Positions 26,835 to 36,832 of a stretch of 64,000 nt of DNA are shown piece by piece. This DNA comes from Myxococcota bacterium (lineage in GTDB: Bacteria > Myxococcota_A > Polyangia > Nannocystales > Nannocystaceae), in assembly GCA_039028615.1 (NCBI GenBank), contig JBCCHT010000026.1, positions 32,001 to 96,000 of the forward strand, in the 5' to 3' direction. The notes beneath the pieces were generated by a model that did no database searches, was not told the DNA's origin, and saw nothing but the letters and a program-made list of their open reading frames with translations. The position numbers and the translations under genes were made by a program. Numbering within the stretch: position 1 is the first letter of the stretch; each line of letters opens with the position of its first letter.

Positions 26835-27842
26835 TCAACCGACCGGGGGTAGCTCGGGCTCGGCCCAGGGCGCGGCCAGGTCGTTGCACGTGTAGCCCAG
26901 GTCGCCGATGAAGGTCATCGTGCCGTCCATGGTGACTTCGTACAGGCCTCGTACCGTGCTCTGGTTGTTGTTGGTGCAGATGTACAGCGCGCCGTTGTCG
27001 GGGTGATGTTCGAAGCCCACCAGACCGAGGGTCTCGCTGAGCGCCGTGACCAGTGAGTAAGTGCCGGTCGTGGTGTTCACCTCGTACATCGAGTTGGTGC
27101 CGGCCTCGACGGCCATCAGCATCTGGTCGGCCTCTACCCAGGTCGCGCCGCCATTGCCGATGTTGAAACCCGCCGGGCCCATCTCGGTGAAGACTCCCGT
27201 GTCGACATCGACGCGGTAGAGGCGGTCGGTGGTGCTGTCGACCGCGTACAGGCCGTAGTCTTCGTCGGGACTGATGCCGTTCACCCCGCTGACGTTCCCT
27301 GGGTAGGTCGCGACGCGGGTCGCCACGCAGGAGGGGAGCTCGATCTCCCACAGGCCGTCCGAGCCGTTGTTGGCGCCGATCAGCCGGTCGTCCCGGGTGA
27401 AGGTCATGCTCGAGAACTCGAAGGGGGACCCCGTCTCGGGGTTGATGAGCTCGCACAGCTCGACGGTCGACGCATCGACCCGCGAGACTCGATAGAGGGT
27501 TCCGCCTTCGGAGTTGAGCATCCACTCTACGGGTTCGCTCATGTTGCCGACGTCCGGGCCATTGCCGAGGTCGAACAGGATCCCGGAGTCGTCCTCCGTG
27601 GTGCCCGAGTCGGGGTCGGTGCTGCCCTCATCCCCCGTGCTGCTCGCCGAGCTGGTGGTGCCTCCGGCCGAGCTGGTGGTGCCGTCGGCCGAACCGGTCG
27701 TGTTGGCCGTCGAACCAGTCGACGCATTGGCGGTATCGAGGTTGGTTCCGACACCGTCGCTGCCCGCGGCGTCGGGCGCTGGTTCGGTGCCGCACGCAGC
27801 GGCGGCAAGCATCACGATCGAGACTCCAATAAGGCGAACCAT
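26835..27842 (-). CDS. Hypothetical lipoprotein, probable beta-propeller
   Basis: LAAAAC lipobox, Thr/Ser/Gly linker, repeated LY.VD/LYEV blades. Confidence 0.75.
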   Translation of the reverse strand: MVRLIGVSIVMLAAAACGTEPAPDAAGSDGVGTNLDTANASTGSTANTTGSADGTTSSAGGTTSSASSTGDEGSTDPDSGTTEDDSGILFDLGNGPDVGNMSEPVEWMLNSEGGTLYRVSRVDASTVELCELINPETGSPFEFSSMTFTRDDRLIGANNGSDGLWEIELPSCVATRVATYPGNVSGVNGISPDEDYGLYAVDSTTDRLYRVDVDTGVFTEMGPAGFNIGNGGATWVEADQMLMAVEAGTNSMYEVNTTTGTYSLVTALSETLGLVGFEHHPDNGALYICTNNNQSTVRGLYEVTMDGTMTFIGDLGYTCNDLAAPWAEPELPPVG

Positions 27843-28268
27843 GTCTCGAGTATTTCACAGGGCGTCGCGGCGTCTCAACTCGACACGGAGCAAGTGCGAT
27901 CGAGTCGAACGTTTTTGCGAAGACCGGATCGTTCCTCGCCGGCACCATGCTCACACACGGTGCGACATCATCGGTCGATCGATCGAAGACATCAGTGCTG
28001 CACGTAGGCGGGAGCATCCGCATGCGGCAGGGACTGCATCGTGAACGATTGGTTCGGACGAACGAGACTGGGTGGGGCATGCCATTTCTGCACGACTGAC
28101 TCGGTGTATTTCGCGATCGGCTGCAGTTTTCGCTTCGACGCTCTCGCACGGACCGACACCCGACGGTTTCGAGCGGCAGAAATCTCGACCATGACCAAGT
28201 CGGCGTTTTCGTCTTTGAGGAAGAGTCAGCGGGTTCGCGTGAGCAACCTACGGATGTGCACGCCGTGC

Positions 28269-29147
28269 TCAGCACGATTCCTCGATCCCGACCCGTTCGC
28301 ACGCCCACCGCCAAAACTGCTGCGCCTGATCCTCGTCGCGCGACTGCTCGCTCGAGTCGACCACTGCAAAGTGATGGAAGTAGCGACCGCCGGCTTCGTC
28401 CAGCGGGGTCTCGCCGTAGAGCTTGGCCAGGCCATCGGCCGAGTCGTCGAGGGCGGTCGCGAACGGCATGCGAGGCAGGATGGAGCGCAACGCAAAGCGC
28501 ATGAACGTCTTGGGGGCGCCCACGGCCGCAGTCGTGGGCACGAACCCGGGAGACACCACGCTGAAGTGCACCCCTCGGTTCCCGACGCGACGCTCGAACT
28601 CGTAGGCGACCCACAGCAGCGCGAGCTTGCCGTTCTTGTAGGCGCGCTTGGGGTGGTAGTTGGCGTCGAGGTTCGGATCGTCGAGGCGAAGGTCGACCGC
28701 GGGCCCGCGTGCGTCGGGGTAGTGCAGCGAGGAGCCTACGCCCCAGATCTGGGACGGCCGCGTGAGCGTGGGCAGTAGCAATCGGGTGAGCAGCAAGGGG
28801 GCCACTGCGTGCACCTGCAAGCTCTGCTCGATGCCGTCCTCGGTCAGCGTTCGTTCCGGCGGCGGGAAGAGCATGCCCGCGTTGTGCACGAGCACATCGA
28901 TGCGCTCCTGCTCGGCGAGCACGGCTTCGGCCAGCTCCCGTACCGACGAAAGCGAGGCCAGATCGAGGACGCGAGCTTCGATCTCCGCCCCCGGCACTTC
29001 GTGCGCGAGCCTCTGTGCCGCGGCGCTGGCTTTGGTGTCGTCCCGTGCCGTGACGATCAACCGATGTCCTGCCCTCGCCAACCGCTGGGCGGCCGCGAGA
29101 CCGAGGCCGCGATTCGCTCCGGTGATGAGGATGGTCCGGCGAGTCAC
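28269..29147 (-). CDS. Short-chain dehydrogenase/reductase (retinol-DH-like)
   Basis: TGANRGLG, HNAG, YKNGK (YxxxK), VSPG. Confidence 0.93.
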   Translation of the reverse strand: MTRRTILITGANRGLGLAAAQRLARAGHRLIVTARDDTKASAAAQRLAHEVPGAEIEARVLDLASLSSVRELAEAVLAEQERIDVLVHNAGMLFPPPERTLTEDGIEQSLQVHAVAPLLLTRLLLPTLTRPSQIWGVGSSLHYPDARGPAVDLRLDDPNLDANYHPKRAYKNGKLALLWVAYEFERRVGNRGVHFSVVSPGFVPTTAAVGAPKTFMRFALRSILPRMPFATALDDSADGLAKLYGETPLDEAGGRYFHHFAVVDSSEQSRDEDQAQQFWRWACERVGIEESC

Positions 29148-29183
29148 GGCCGGGATGATGCCATCATCGCTCGACTCGGGGGG

Positions 29184-31202
29184 CTAGTCTTTGCGGTTGT
29201 CGCGGAGCTGCATCGTGGCGTCCACCAGGTCGATGAATGCCGCCCGGTACCCAGCCAGGTCGGCCCCCTTGGCGTTGTTGGCCAAGCGACGGACACGTCG
29301 AAGCGAGGTCGCGCCCCGGTGCTCCGAGTCACGCAGCTCCATACCGTACATGGCCACGGCGGCGGCGAACCGTAGATCTTCGCTGGCATTGTCGATGGAG
29401 TTGGGCCGCCCCTTCATCGTGACCTCCATGCGCTTGCTTCGAGAGCCGCGAGGTTTCTTGAAGCGCACCGCGACCGTCATCCACTCGTTGCCCGCGGCGT
29501 CCGAGGTGAGGGCGCGGTCGCGTTGGTAGCGGAGGCGCTTGCTCTTGCGGTCGCGCATGCTCTGGGGCGGCTCGGTGCCGCTGGGTACGAGCTCGTAAAG
29601 AGCGGTCACGCTGTGCCCGGCCCCGAGTTCGCCCGCGTCCTTGGTGTCGTCGTCGAAGTCCTCGTCGGCGAGCAGGCGGTTCTCGTAGCCCACGAGTCGG
29701 TAGCCCGCGATCTTGGCGGGGTTGAATTCCACCTGCAGCTTGACGTCCTTGGCGACGGTGACGAGGGTCGAACCCGCTTGGTCCACCAAGACCTTGCGGG
29801 CCTCTTGGAGGTCGTCGATGTACGCGTAGTTGCCGTTGCCATGGTCGGCGAGCTGCTCCATCTTGGCGTCTTGTAGGTTGCCCTGGCCGAAGCCGAGTAC
29901 GGTCAGGAACACGCCGCTCTCGCGCTTCCTCTCGATGAGGCGCACCAGCTCGCCATCGCTGGTCGTGCCGACGTTGAAGTCGCCGTCGGTGGCGAGGATG
30001 ACCCGGTTGATGCCCGACTTGATGAAGTTGCGGCGGGCGAGTCGATAGGCGAGGCGGATGCCGCCGGCCCCGTTGGTGCTGCCGCCGGGCTCGAGGGCGT
30101 TGATGGCGTCGCGGATGGTGGTGCGGTCCTTGCCGCTGGTGGGTGGCAGAACGACGCCCGCCGCTCCGGCGTAGACCACGATGCTCACGTGATCCTCGGG
30201 CCGCAGCTGCTGGACCAGCAGCTGCATGCCGCGCTGGAGTAGCGGGAGCTTGTCGGGCGAGCTCATGGAACCCGAGACGTCGAGCAGGAACACCAGGTTG
30301 CGCGGCGGCACTTTCTCGGTGGCGATGGGGCGAGTCTGCAGGCCGATGCGGGCGAGCAGGTGATCCTCGTTCCACGGGCACTCGGCCACCTCCCAGTTGA
30401 TCGAGACGGGGCGATCGGCCTTGGGGGTGACGTAGTCGTACTCGAAGTAGTTGACCAGCTCCTCCACGCGTACCGCGTCGGGCGGCGGGAGCTGCCCGTA
30501 GCTGATGAAGCGCCGCACGTTGGAGTAGGACGCCGTGTCGACATCGGCGGAGAACGTGGACAGCGGTCGATCGAGCGGCGCGATGAAGGAGTTGTCGTCG
30601 ATATGAGCGTAGCCCTCGCGGTTCGAAGGCTCCTGCTGCTGGCGAATGGGTTGAGCGGTGGAGTTCGAGAATCTGACGCCGGCCGAGTCTCGTGATGCGG
30701 TGGCCGAGGCTGAGACGACTTGGGTGAAATCGCGGGAGGTCGAGCTGCCCACCGGGATGTTGTGGAAGTCCTCCATCGAGAGGGTGCGCCCCACCGACGT
30801 TTTTTGCTCGACGGGTTTGTGCTGGACCTGGATGGTGCGCTTGAACGAGTCGGAGGGGTCGATCACGAAGTTCAAGCGGAGCTTGGCGCCCGCGACCATC
30901 GTGGAGACCTTGGTGACGTCGGCTTTGCCCGAGAGTACTTGGACGGAGCAGTGGCGCGCGGGAACGTCGGCGAACCGAAAGAGGCCGTTGGCGTTCGTCT
31001 GTGTCTCGCGGATCTCTTCCCCCGTGCACTGCAGGATCACCATCGCTCCGGCGATCCTCGTGCCCTCTTGATTCTTCACGACCCCCGAGATTTGCCCTGC
31101 TCTCGAAGGCGCGGGCGCGGCTGCCTGAGCCTGCGTGGGGCCGATCCCGGTGGGGCCGAGGAAGGCGAGGGAGAGCAGGGCGGGAAAGAGCGCGCGTCGC
31201 AT
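29184..31202 (-). CDS. Secreted vWA-domain protein (YfbK-like, vWF_A + DUF3520) with N-terminal carboxypeptidase-regulatory-like domain
   Basis: Signal peptide, STFSADVDTASY, MIDAS DVSGS, ATDGDFNVG, YRLVGYENR, DAGELGAGHSVTALYE. Confidence 0.92.
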   Translation of the reverse strand: MRRALFPALLSLAFLGPTGIGPTQAQAAAPAPSRAGQISGVVKNQEGTRIAGAMVILQCTGEEIRETQTNANGLFRFADVPARHCSVQVLSGKADVTKVSTMVAGAKLRLNFVIDPSDSFKRTIQVQHKPVEQKTSVGRTLSMEDFHNIPVGSSTSRDFTQVVSASATASRDSAGVRFSNSTAQPIRQQQEPSNREGYAHIDDNSFIAPLDRPLSTFSADVDTASYSNVRRFISYGQLPPPDAVRVEELVNYFEYDYVTPKADRPVSINWEVAECPWNEDHLLARIGLQTRPIATEKVPPRNLVFLLDVSGSMSSPDKLPLLQRGMQLLVQQLRPEDHVSIVVYAGAAGVVLPPTSGKDRTTIRDAINALEPGGSTNGAGGIRLAYRLARRNFIKSGINRVILATDGDFNVGTTSDGELVRLIERKRESGVFLTVLGFGQGNLQDAKMEQLADHGNGNYAYIDDLQEARKVLVDQAGSTLVTVAKDVKLQVEFNPAKIAGYRLVGYENRLLADEDFDDDTKDAGELGAGHSVTALYELVPSGTEPPQSMRDRKSKRLRYQRDRALTSDAAGNEWMTVAVRFKKPRGSRSKRMEVTMKGRPNSIDNASEDLRFAAAVAMYGMELRDSEHRGATSLRRVRRLANNAKGADLAGYRAAFIDLVDATMQLRDNRKD

Positions 31203-31383
31203 GGTTGCCCCGAAAACGCCGAGCCGGTTGACCCATTACGCGAAACCATCCCTAGAGGGGATCGATGTCGGAGGGGGGCGTTGATGCTCGTACCCGATTT
31301 CGGATCGATGCGACGGCGCGTGCCTGAACGCCGTTTTGTTCTCTAGTGCCCGAGTACGGGCCCGTGGCGGCAGTCGTGTCCGT

Positions 31384-31413
31384 CGTGATCCGGCGGATGG
31401 CCTCGGGCGTCTA
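31384..31413 (+). promoter_or_regulatory. Putative ECF sigma promoter (TGATCC-N16-CGTCT) before the trypsin-like gene
   Basis: CGTGATCCG-N15-CGTCT, identical in arms and spacing to the motif at 32512-32540. Ends 8 nt before the ATG. Confidence 0.55.
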
Positions 31414-31421
31414 CGTGGGCA

Positions 31422-32492
31422 ATGACGGTTCGACACCACACTACTGCCCTGCTGTGCGCGGCCCTCTCGATGGTCGGCGTGGCGTGTGATGAAGGGGAAG
31501 ACCTGACGATTCCGACCTTCGAGGCGACGCGCATCGGACCCCTGCTGCCGTGCGCCGAGGGCAGCTATGACCGCGAACAAATCAACGCCGAGCTGGCCGA
31601 CTACCCCGAACTCGCGCAGGAACTCGGCATCGACGAGGTCCAGACCTGTGAGGACGCGTCTGCGTACTTCGGGGCCTACACCGACTTCATCGAGAGCCTA
31701 CCTTCGGCGGAGGAGGACCGGGTTTCCGATGACCCCTCGGACTTCCGAATCGCGTCCGCCGACGGCACGAACCTCTCCACGGGAGGCGTGCTCGAGATCC
31801 CGGGGTGTACGGGGGTGCTCATCACCGAACGCGCCCTCATCACGGCGGCGCACTGCGTCGACCAATACTCCCCCGATGGCTCCCGGAACTACTGGAAGAC
31901 GGGCTTTACGATCAAAGACTTCGGCTCCACGGAGTGGACGGGCACGGTTCGAATCAACGTCCACCCCAACTGGACCGGGGGGGACTTCGGCGGCCAGACC
32001 GACGTGGCGGACGACATCGCGGTGGTGAAGATCCTCAGCGGGAGCTTCGGGTTTCCGAACTCGCACCGCCATCGCCTCTACAAGGGCTACATGAGCACCA
32101 TCGGCTGGATGAAGATGTTTGGCCGCGGAAACTCTTCGAACTCGGGAGGAGGCTCGGGAACGCTGCGGTTCATGAACTTCAAGGCGGATTGGTCGGGGCC
32201 CTATCACTTCCTGATGTACGCCGACGACCCGAGCCGCGTCTGCAAGGGGGATTCGGGTGGCCCGGTTCGCGATCTCACACCGAGCAATGGCTACCCCACC
32301 GTCGCCGGGTTGCTGACGTCCATGCAGGTCTCCACCGTCGGGGTCAACCGCTGCGCCGCCGACGGGGGGAAACAACGCGCGACTCGGCTCCAGCACAAGA
32401 TTCGCTGGATCGACGACATGATCGGCGGCTCGGACGACGACGACTGCACGACGTTCCACGACAACGGCTGGGTCTACGAGCGCTGCTGGTAG
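31422..32492 (+). CDS. Trypsin-like (S1) serine protease lipoprotein
   Basis: Lipobox VGVAC. Catalytic triad motifs ITAAHC, DIAVV, CKGDSGGP. Confidence 0.93.
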   Translation: MTVRHHTTALLCAALSMVGVACDEGEDLTIPTFEATRIGPLLPCAEGSYDREQINAELADYPELAQELGIDEVQTCEDASAYFGAYTDFIESLPSAEEDRVSDDPSDFRIASADGTNLSTGGVLEIPGCTGVLITERALITAAHCVDQYSPDGSRNYWKTGFTIKDFGSTEWTGTVRINVHPNWTGGDFGGQTDVADDIAVVKILSGSFGFPNSHRHRLYKGYMSTIGWMKMFGRGNSSNSGGGSGTLRFMNFKADWSGPYHFLMYADDPSRVCKGDSGGPVRDLTPSNGYPTVAGLLTSMQVSTVGVNRCAADGGKQRATRLQHKIRWIDDMIGGSDDDDCTTFHDNGWVYERCW

Positions 32493-32511
32493 CGGCACTT
32501 TCTCGTCGAAC

Positions 32512-32541
32512 CGTGATCCGCAGACGAGCGCGGGACGTCTT
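32512..32541 (+). promoter_or_regulatory. Putative ECF sigma promoter (TGATCC-N16-CGTCT) before the metalloprotease gene
   Basis: Second copy of CGTGATCCG-N15-CGTCT, in a 54-nt intergenic gap. Confidence 0.55.
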
Positions 32542-32546
32542 CCCCG

Positions 32547-34622
32547 GTGACCGTGAACACGCAAGCAATGAGCGCCTCTAGGAAGTTCTTCGGCCCCAGC
32601 GGGGGGCTGGCCATCGTGATCGGCCTGGCCACAGGGTGTACGCCGCCCGACGAGTCGGAGCCCGATTTCGCCAGCACCGATGCGTCTGCGCGCGGAGCTG
32701 AAGTCCACGGTGACGATGACCTCATGTGCGAGGAGCCGAAGGAGTCCGACGAGGTTCCTCGGGAGGTCCTCCTCCGGCCCCCGGCTCCGCCTGCTCCGGT
32801 GGCTCCTGGTGCGTGGACCCGCGGGGGGCAGCTGCACTTCGATGTTCCGGTCTCGCGCGAGATCGTGACCGTCTACGAGCACCTGATCGATCCCGATGAC
32901 GAGGCGACGCGGGAGGTGACCCATGACGTCGGCGGTCACAAGCTCACGGTGCTCGCCTCCGGCCAGTCGCAGCCGTCGCCCTTACCCGGTCAGACCATCG
33001 TGGTCGTGCCGGGCCGGGATCTCCGCGACTTCCGGCTGGCGCTCGACCTCAGCGTGTTGGCGGACCAAGACGAGATCTGGTTCGAGGACATTCGAGTCGA
33101 GGATATCGAGGGGAGGGCGGTCGGCCATGCGGACCAGACCAACTTCGCGGCCGAGCCGCTGACCTGCGGCGAGCAGGCTCTGGTCCGCTTCGGTGAAATC
33201 CCGGCCGGCATGCCCTCGTTCACGTGGCCGATCAACAAAAATTGCCTGGACGCCAAGTGCCTGCAGGTTCGCACCGCGTATGTCGAGGCGGTCCACGCGA
33301 CGTGGCGCATGACTCAAATGCTCGATCCCCTCGCCGACTTCCCGTCCTACAGCCGCAGCTGGGCCTGGGACCAGCCGGCCGCGACGGCTGACGCAATGCC
33401 GGCCGGCAGCCGGACCAGCCTGCGCTACTACTTCGGCTCGTACCGAGACGATCGCTACGGCACGATTCGCGAGCTGTATCGCGATCACCTCAACGTGCTG
33501 CGCTCGGGGCGAATGGACGGGATCGACCTACGGCTGAAGTGTCCCACGGAGACCTCGCATCCAGGCAACGCCTGCATCACGGGCAGCTCGTGGGCGCACC
33601 ACTCCGTGAAGGGGTGGATCAACATTTGCCCGCGGCTATGGTCCAGGCTCGACACCTTCTACCCGACCGACGAAGAAAGCTGGCTGAGCTGGTTCAATCA
33701 CACGGTGGCGCACGAGTTCTTCCACCACCACTGGGTTCAGATCAACGGTGTCGGGTGGCGCATGCTGCAGGACGTCGTCGCCCATCGGCACGGCAACGCG
33801 TGCACCAACATCTCCACCGAGACGATGATCTCCCAGCCCGGGGCCGACCCCTACGATGCGGCGCCTCGCCATCTCGGTGGTTGGGTCAACTCGCAGAGCG
33901 AGGGGTGCGGGCACCGTCGCGTCGCTTTGCGGACGCTCGACAACTACAACACCGCGGCGCGGGTCATCGGCGAGAAGATCCGGCGCAGCGAGATCGTGTC
34001 GTGGCCCTACGTGGAGCCGACCCCACAACCTCCGCAGTGCGTGGGAGGGGAGGGGTGCCGCTGCGACGAGGTCGACCCCACGTATGACGTGCCCGATGGA
34101 GACGCGGGACCCGACTCGTTCTGCATCGACAACGGCAACGACCTGCAGTGCATGGAGCGGGCGTTCGGGGCGGGCAACCCCGTCGGGATCTGCACCGACT
34201 GCGACCAGGTGCGCGGCCCGGGCTGCGAGTGTCGCGACGGGCATACCCCCTGCGACGTCGGGAGCTGCTTCGGTGACGACACTCGAGGCCAAGACATGTC
34301 GTGGGGGCGCTGCTATATCGAGCCGCCCGACTACGCCTGCCTCGTCGACTGCGAAGAGCTGCTCGGCTCGGGGGCGACCTGCCTGTGGAATCACCCGGGA
34401 GAGGCGCGCTGCGTGCCCTCGGGGGTGGGCCTGCCCGAGGCGACCAACTGCTGGGATGACGGAGGTCACTTCGATGGTGAGGCGGACTGCGTCTCGCATC
34501 CCGAGTGCGGTGTCGATGCCCCCGACGCTCCCGACGGCACCGAGGATCCGACGTGCCAGGACCTGGGCTACCCGCCCTATTTCATGTGCGACGATAGCTT
34601 TCGCTGCGTGCGAGACCTGTAG
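32547..34622 (+). CDS. Putative zinc metalloprotease lipoprotein (M35/aspzincin-like) with Cys-rich C-terminal region
   Basis: Lipobox LATGC, INICP, TVAHEFFH (HExxH), downstream D and DNY. The last ~200 aa are dense in Cys. Confidence 0.7.
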   Translation: MTVNTQAMSASRKFFGPSGGLAIVIGLATGCTPPDESEPDFASTDASARGAEVHGDDDLMCEEPKESDEVPREVLLRPPAPPAPVAPGAWTRGGQLHFDVPVSREIVTVYEHLIDPDDEATREVTHDVGGHKLTVLASGQSQPSPLPGQTIVVVPGRDLRDFRLALDLSVLADQDEIWFEDIRVEDIEGRAVGHADQTNFAAEPLTCGEQALVRFGEIPAGMPSFTWPINKNCLDAKCLQVRTAYVEAVHATWRMTQMLDPLADFPSYSRSWAWDQPAATADAMPAGSRTSLRYYFGSYRDDRYGTIRELYRDHLNVLRSGRMDGIDLRLKCPTETSHPGNACITGSSWAHHSVKGWINICPRLWSRLDTFYPTDEESWLSWFNHTVAHEFFHHHWVQINGVGWRMLQDVVAHRHGNACTNISTETMISQPGADPYDAAPRHLGGWVNSQSEGCGHRRVALRTLDNYNTAARVIGEKIRRSEIVSWPYVEPTPQPPQCVGGEGCRCDEVDPTYDVPDGDAGPDSFCIDNGNDLQCMERAFGAGNPVGICTDCDQVRGPGCECRDGHTPCDVGSCFGDDTRGQDMSWGRCYIEPPDYACLVDCEELLGSGATCLWNHPGEARCVPSGVGLPEATNCWDDGGHFDGEADCVSHPECGVDAPDAPDGTEDPTCQDLGYPPYFMCDDSFRCVRDL

Positions 34623-34842
34623 CGGCCTCCCGTTCGGGGGGGGCGGTTGCCATGCCGAACCCGTCGTTCCGTGCTCCTTGGGCGCTCCTGCCTGCCAGTA
34701 GGCGGGCAGGTCGCCGAAGGGCCGACTAGGCAAACGGTTGCCGACCCCGAGGGCTCGGTGACCACGGCACGCTCGCCAGCGCGCGTCGTGCCGTGAAAAG
34801 TGCGTGAACGATCGAGCGAAGCGTTAGACACTGCATGACGTG

Positions 34843-36525
34843 ATGCGTCGATGCGGTTTGTTCCTTCCTCTCGCTGTTTTCGCGGTCGCGTGTGTCGAGG
34901 AGTCTCCGGGCTCCGCGAGCGGCTCGACCACGGATCCGGGGGCGACCACCGCGATGGGCTCCACCGCCTCCACCCCGGGAGTGGACTCGACGGAAGGACC
35001 GGTCGGCACTACGTCGTCGGCCACATCCACCACCGCCATGGGGACCGGAACCAGCAGTGACTCTGCGCCCGACGACGGAGGGCTGGTCTTCGATGTGGAG
35101 GTCGCCGACTTCAACCCCAGCGTCGGAGAGGCGACATGCGAGCAAGCAGCGGCGTCGCTGACCTCCGCCGGTTGTTCGTTCGCCCCGATCGTCGGGAATC
35201 CGAGCAGCAGTGCCTTCATGGGTCCGCTGCCGTGGGCCGTGATCGCGGCGAATGCCAACGTTCAGCCCGCGACCGTGACGCTCTACGACACCGACGGCGT
35301 GGAGCTGGGCACCGAGGTCATCGATCCCGGGGACCTGCACGTGTTCGAGCTGACCGGCCCCGAGAATGCGCCCATGGAGCACCCCGGCACGAGCGCGGTG
35401 CACCGCGCCCTGCGGCTCGAGAGCGACATCCCCATCGTCGCCTATCAGTTCCAGCCCTACTCCACCAGCAGCATCGCCATCTCGGACGCGTCGCTGCTGC
35501 TACCCGAGCACGCGTGGAGCGACAACTACCTCAACTTCAACGCCAGCAACGACGGTGAGCAGTGGCTCATCGTCGCCTCGCTGGAGGACGGGGTCGAGGT
35601 CACCGTCGAGGCCCCCAACTTCATGGTCGGCACTTCGAATCCTGGCCCGGGGATTCCTCCGCTCGGGGCCAGCCAGCAGCACGTGGAGATCCTCGACCGC
35701 CAAGACACGCTGAAGATTCACAGCGGCAGCGCCGACCTCACTGGCATGCGGGTCTACGCCGACGGCGGCAACGTGGCGCTGTACACCGGGAGTCCGGGGA
35801 TGAGCCTGCCGGGCCCCGGTTTTCAGCAGTATCGCGACTATCTCGAGGAGCAGCTGCCGCCCCGTGAGTCGTGGGGCACCGAGTACGCGGCCATCAAGTA
35901 CCGACCGCGGACCAACGAGCAAGACATCTACCGGATCATCGCCGACAAGGACGGGACCATCGTCCAGATCACGGGCGACTACACCGACAACTTCGCACTC
36001 AACGAGGGCGAGTTCGTCCAGTTCGAGACGGACGGCAACTTCCTCGCGACGGGCAACGAGGCCTTCGCGGTGGCGCACTTCATGCCCAGCTGCAGCGAGA
36101 GCACGGGTGCCTTCGACCCGTCGGAGTACCCGGGCACATTCGAGGCGACCAACAACTGCATGGGCAGTGCGCTGGCGTCCGATATGGGTGACCCCGCGGT
36201 GAGCTTCGTCGTACCGACCGCTCAGTTTCGCAGCCGCTACACCTTCCTCGTGCCGTTCACCTACGCGTGGGACATGCTCACCGTGGTGGCGCCGACCGGT
36301 CAGTGGGGCTCCATCGACCTCGACGGCGCTCCGCTGCCGCCTTCGACTCCGCTTGGCTTCGGCGGGCTCTCCTATGCCCGCTTCCTGCTGGACGATGGCC
36401 CCCACGTGATCGAGTCGGCCGAGGCGGCGTTTGGCGTCGAGGTCTATGGCTACGACTGCCGCATCAGCTACGCCTATCCCGGTGGGTTGAGCCTGGGCTC
36501 GATCAACGTGCCGCCGGCCGGTTAG
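34843..36525 (+). CDS. IgGFc-binding-domain lipoprotein
   Basis: Lipobox FAVAC, Thr-rich linker, PIVAYQFQP, SDASLLLP, LEEQLPP, GDP, VEVYGYD..SYAYPGG. Confidence 0.88.
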   Translation: MRRCGLFLPLAVFAVACVEESPGSASGSTTDPGATTAMGSTASTPGVDSTEGPVGTTSSATSTTAMGTGTSSDSAPDDGGLVFDVEVADFNPSVGEATCEQAAASLTSAGCSFAPIVGNPSSSAFMGPLPWAVIAANANVQPATVTLYDTDGVELGTEVIDPGDLHVFELTGPENAPMEHPGTSAVHRALRLESDIPIVAYQFQPYSTSSIAISDASLLLPEHAWSDNYLNFNASNDGEQWLIVASLEDGVEVTVEAPNFMVGTSNPGPGIPPLGASQQHVEILDRQDTLKIHSGSADLTGMRVYADGGNVALYTGSPGMSLPGPGFQQYRDYLEEQLPPRESWGTEYAAIKYRPRTNEQDIYRIIADKDGTIVQITGDYTDNFALNEGEFVQFETDGNFLATGNEAFAVAHFMPSCSESTGAFDPSEYPGTFEATNNCMGSALASDMGDPAVSFVVPTAQFRSRYTFLVPFTYAWDMLTVVAPTGQWGSIDLDGAPLPPSTPLGFGGLSYARFLLDDGPHVIESAEAAFGVEVYGYDCRISYAYPGGLSLGSINVPPAG

Positions 36526-36832
36526 GTGCTGCCACGGCCGCCCACATCCGCGACAAAGGAGGGCAAGGGCACACCCCGACGAGCGACTCGATCTCGGGCG
36601 CGCACGAACGATGATCGTCGATTTTCGTGCGGTACTTCGTTCACCACCGTTGTGAACGTCGAACGGGGACGAGGTCTTCGTCTCCCCACGCCCAAGGCCG
36701 CAAACGGGACACCGCCGAAACCCTGGGCATCGCTCTGCTAAAGTCGAACGGAGATCGGTCGAGGTTGGTGACGGTGGGCGCGAGAGCCCGTCGCACGCCA
36801 TTGCATGAGAACGAGCGAAGGCGATTGGACGG

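Noticed and set aside
27646..27683. 17-nt direct repeat with 21-nt period
   Set aside because: Encodes a GTTSSA duplication in a lipoprotein linker; only two copies.
27843..28268. ~425-nt intergenic region and overlapping short ORFs
   Set aside because: No convincing coding signal, sigma54 motif or riboswitch could be supported.
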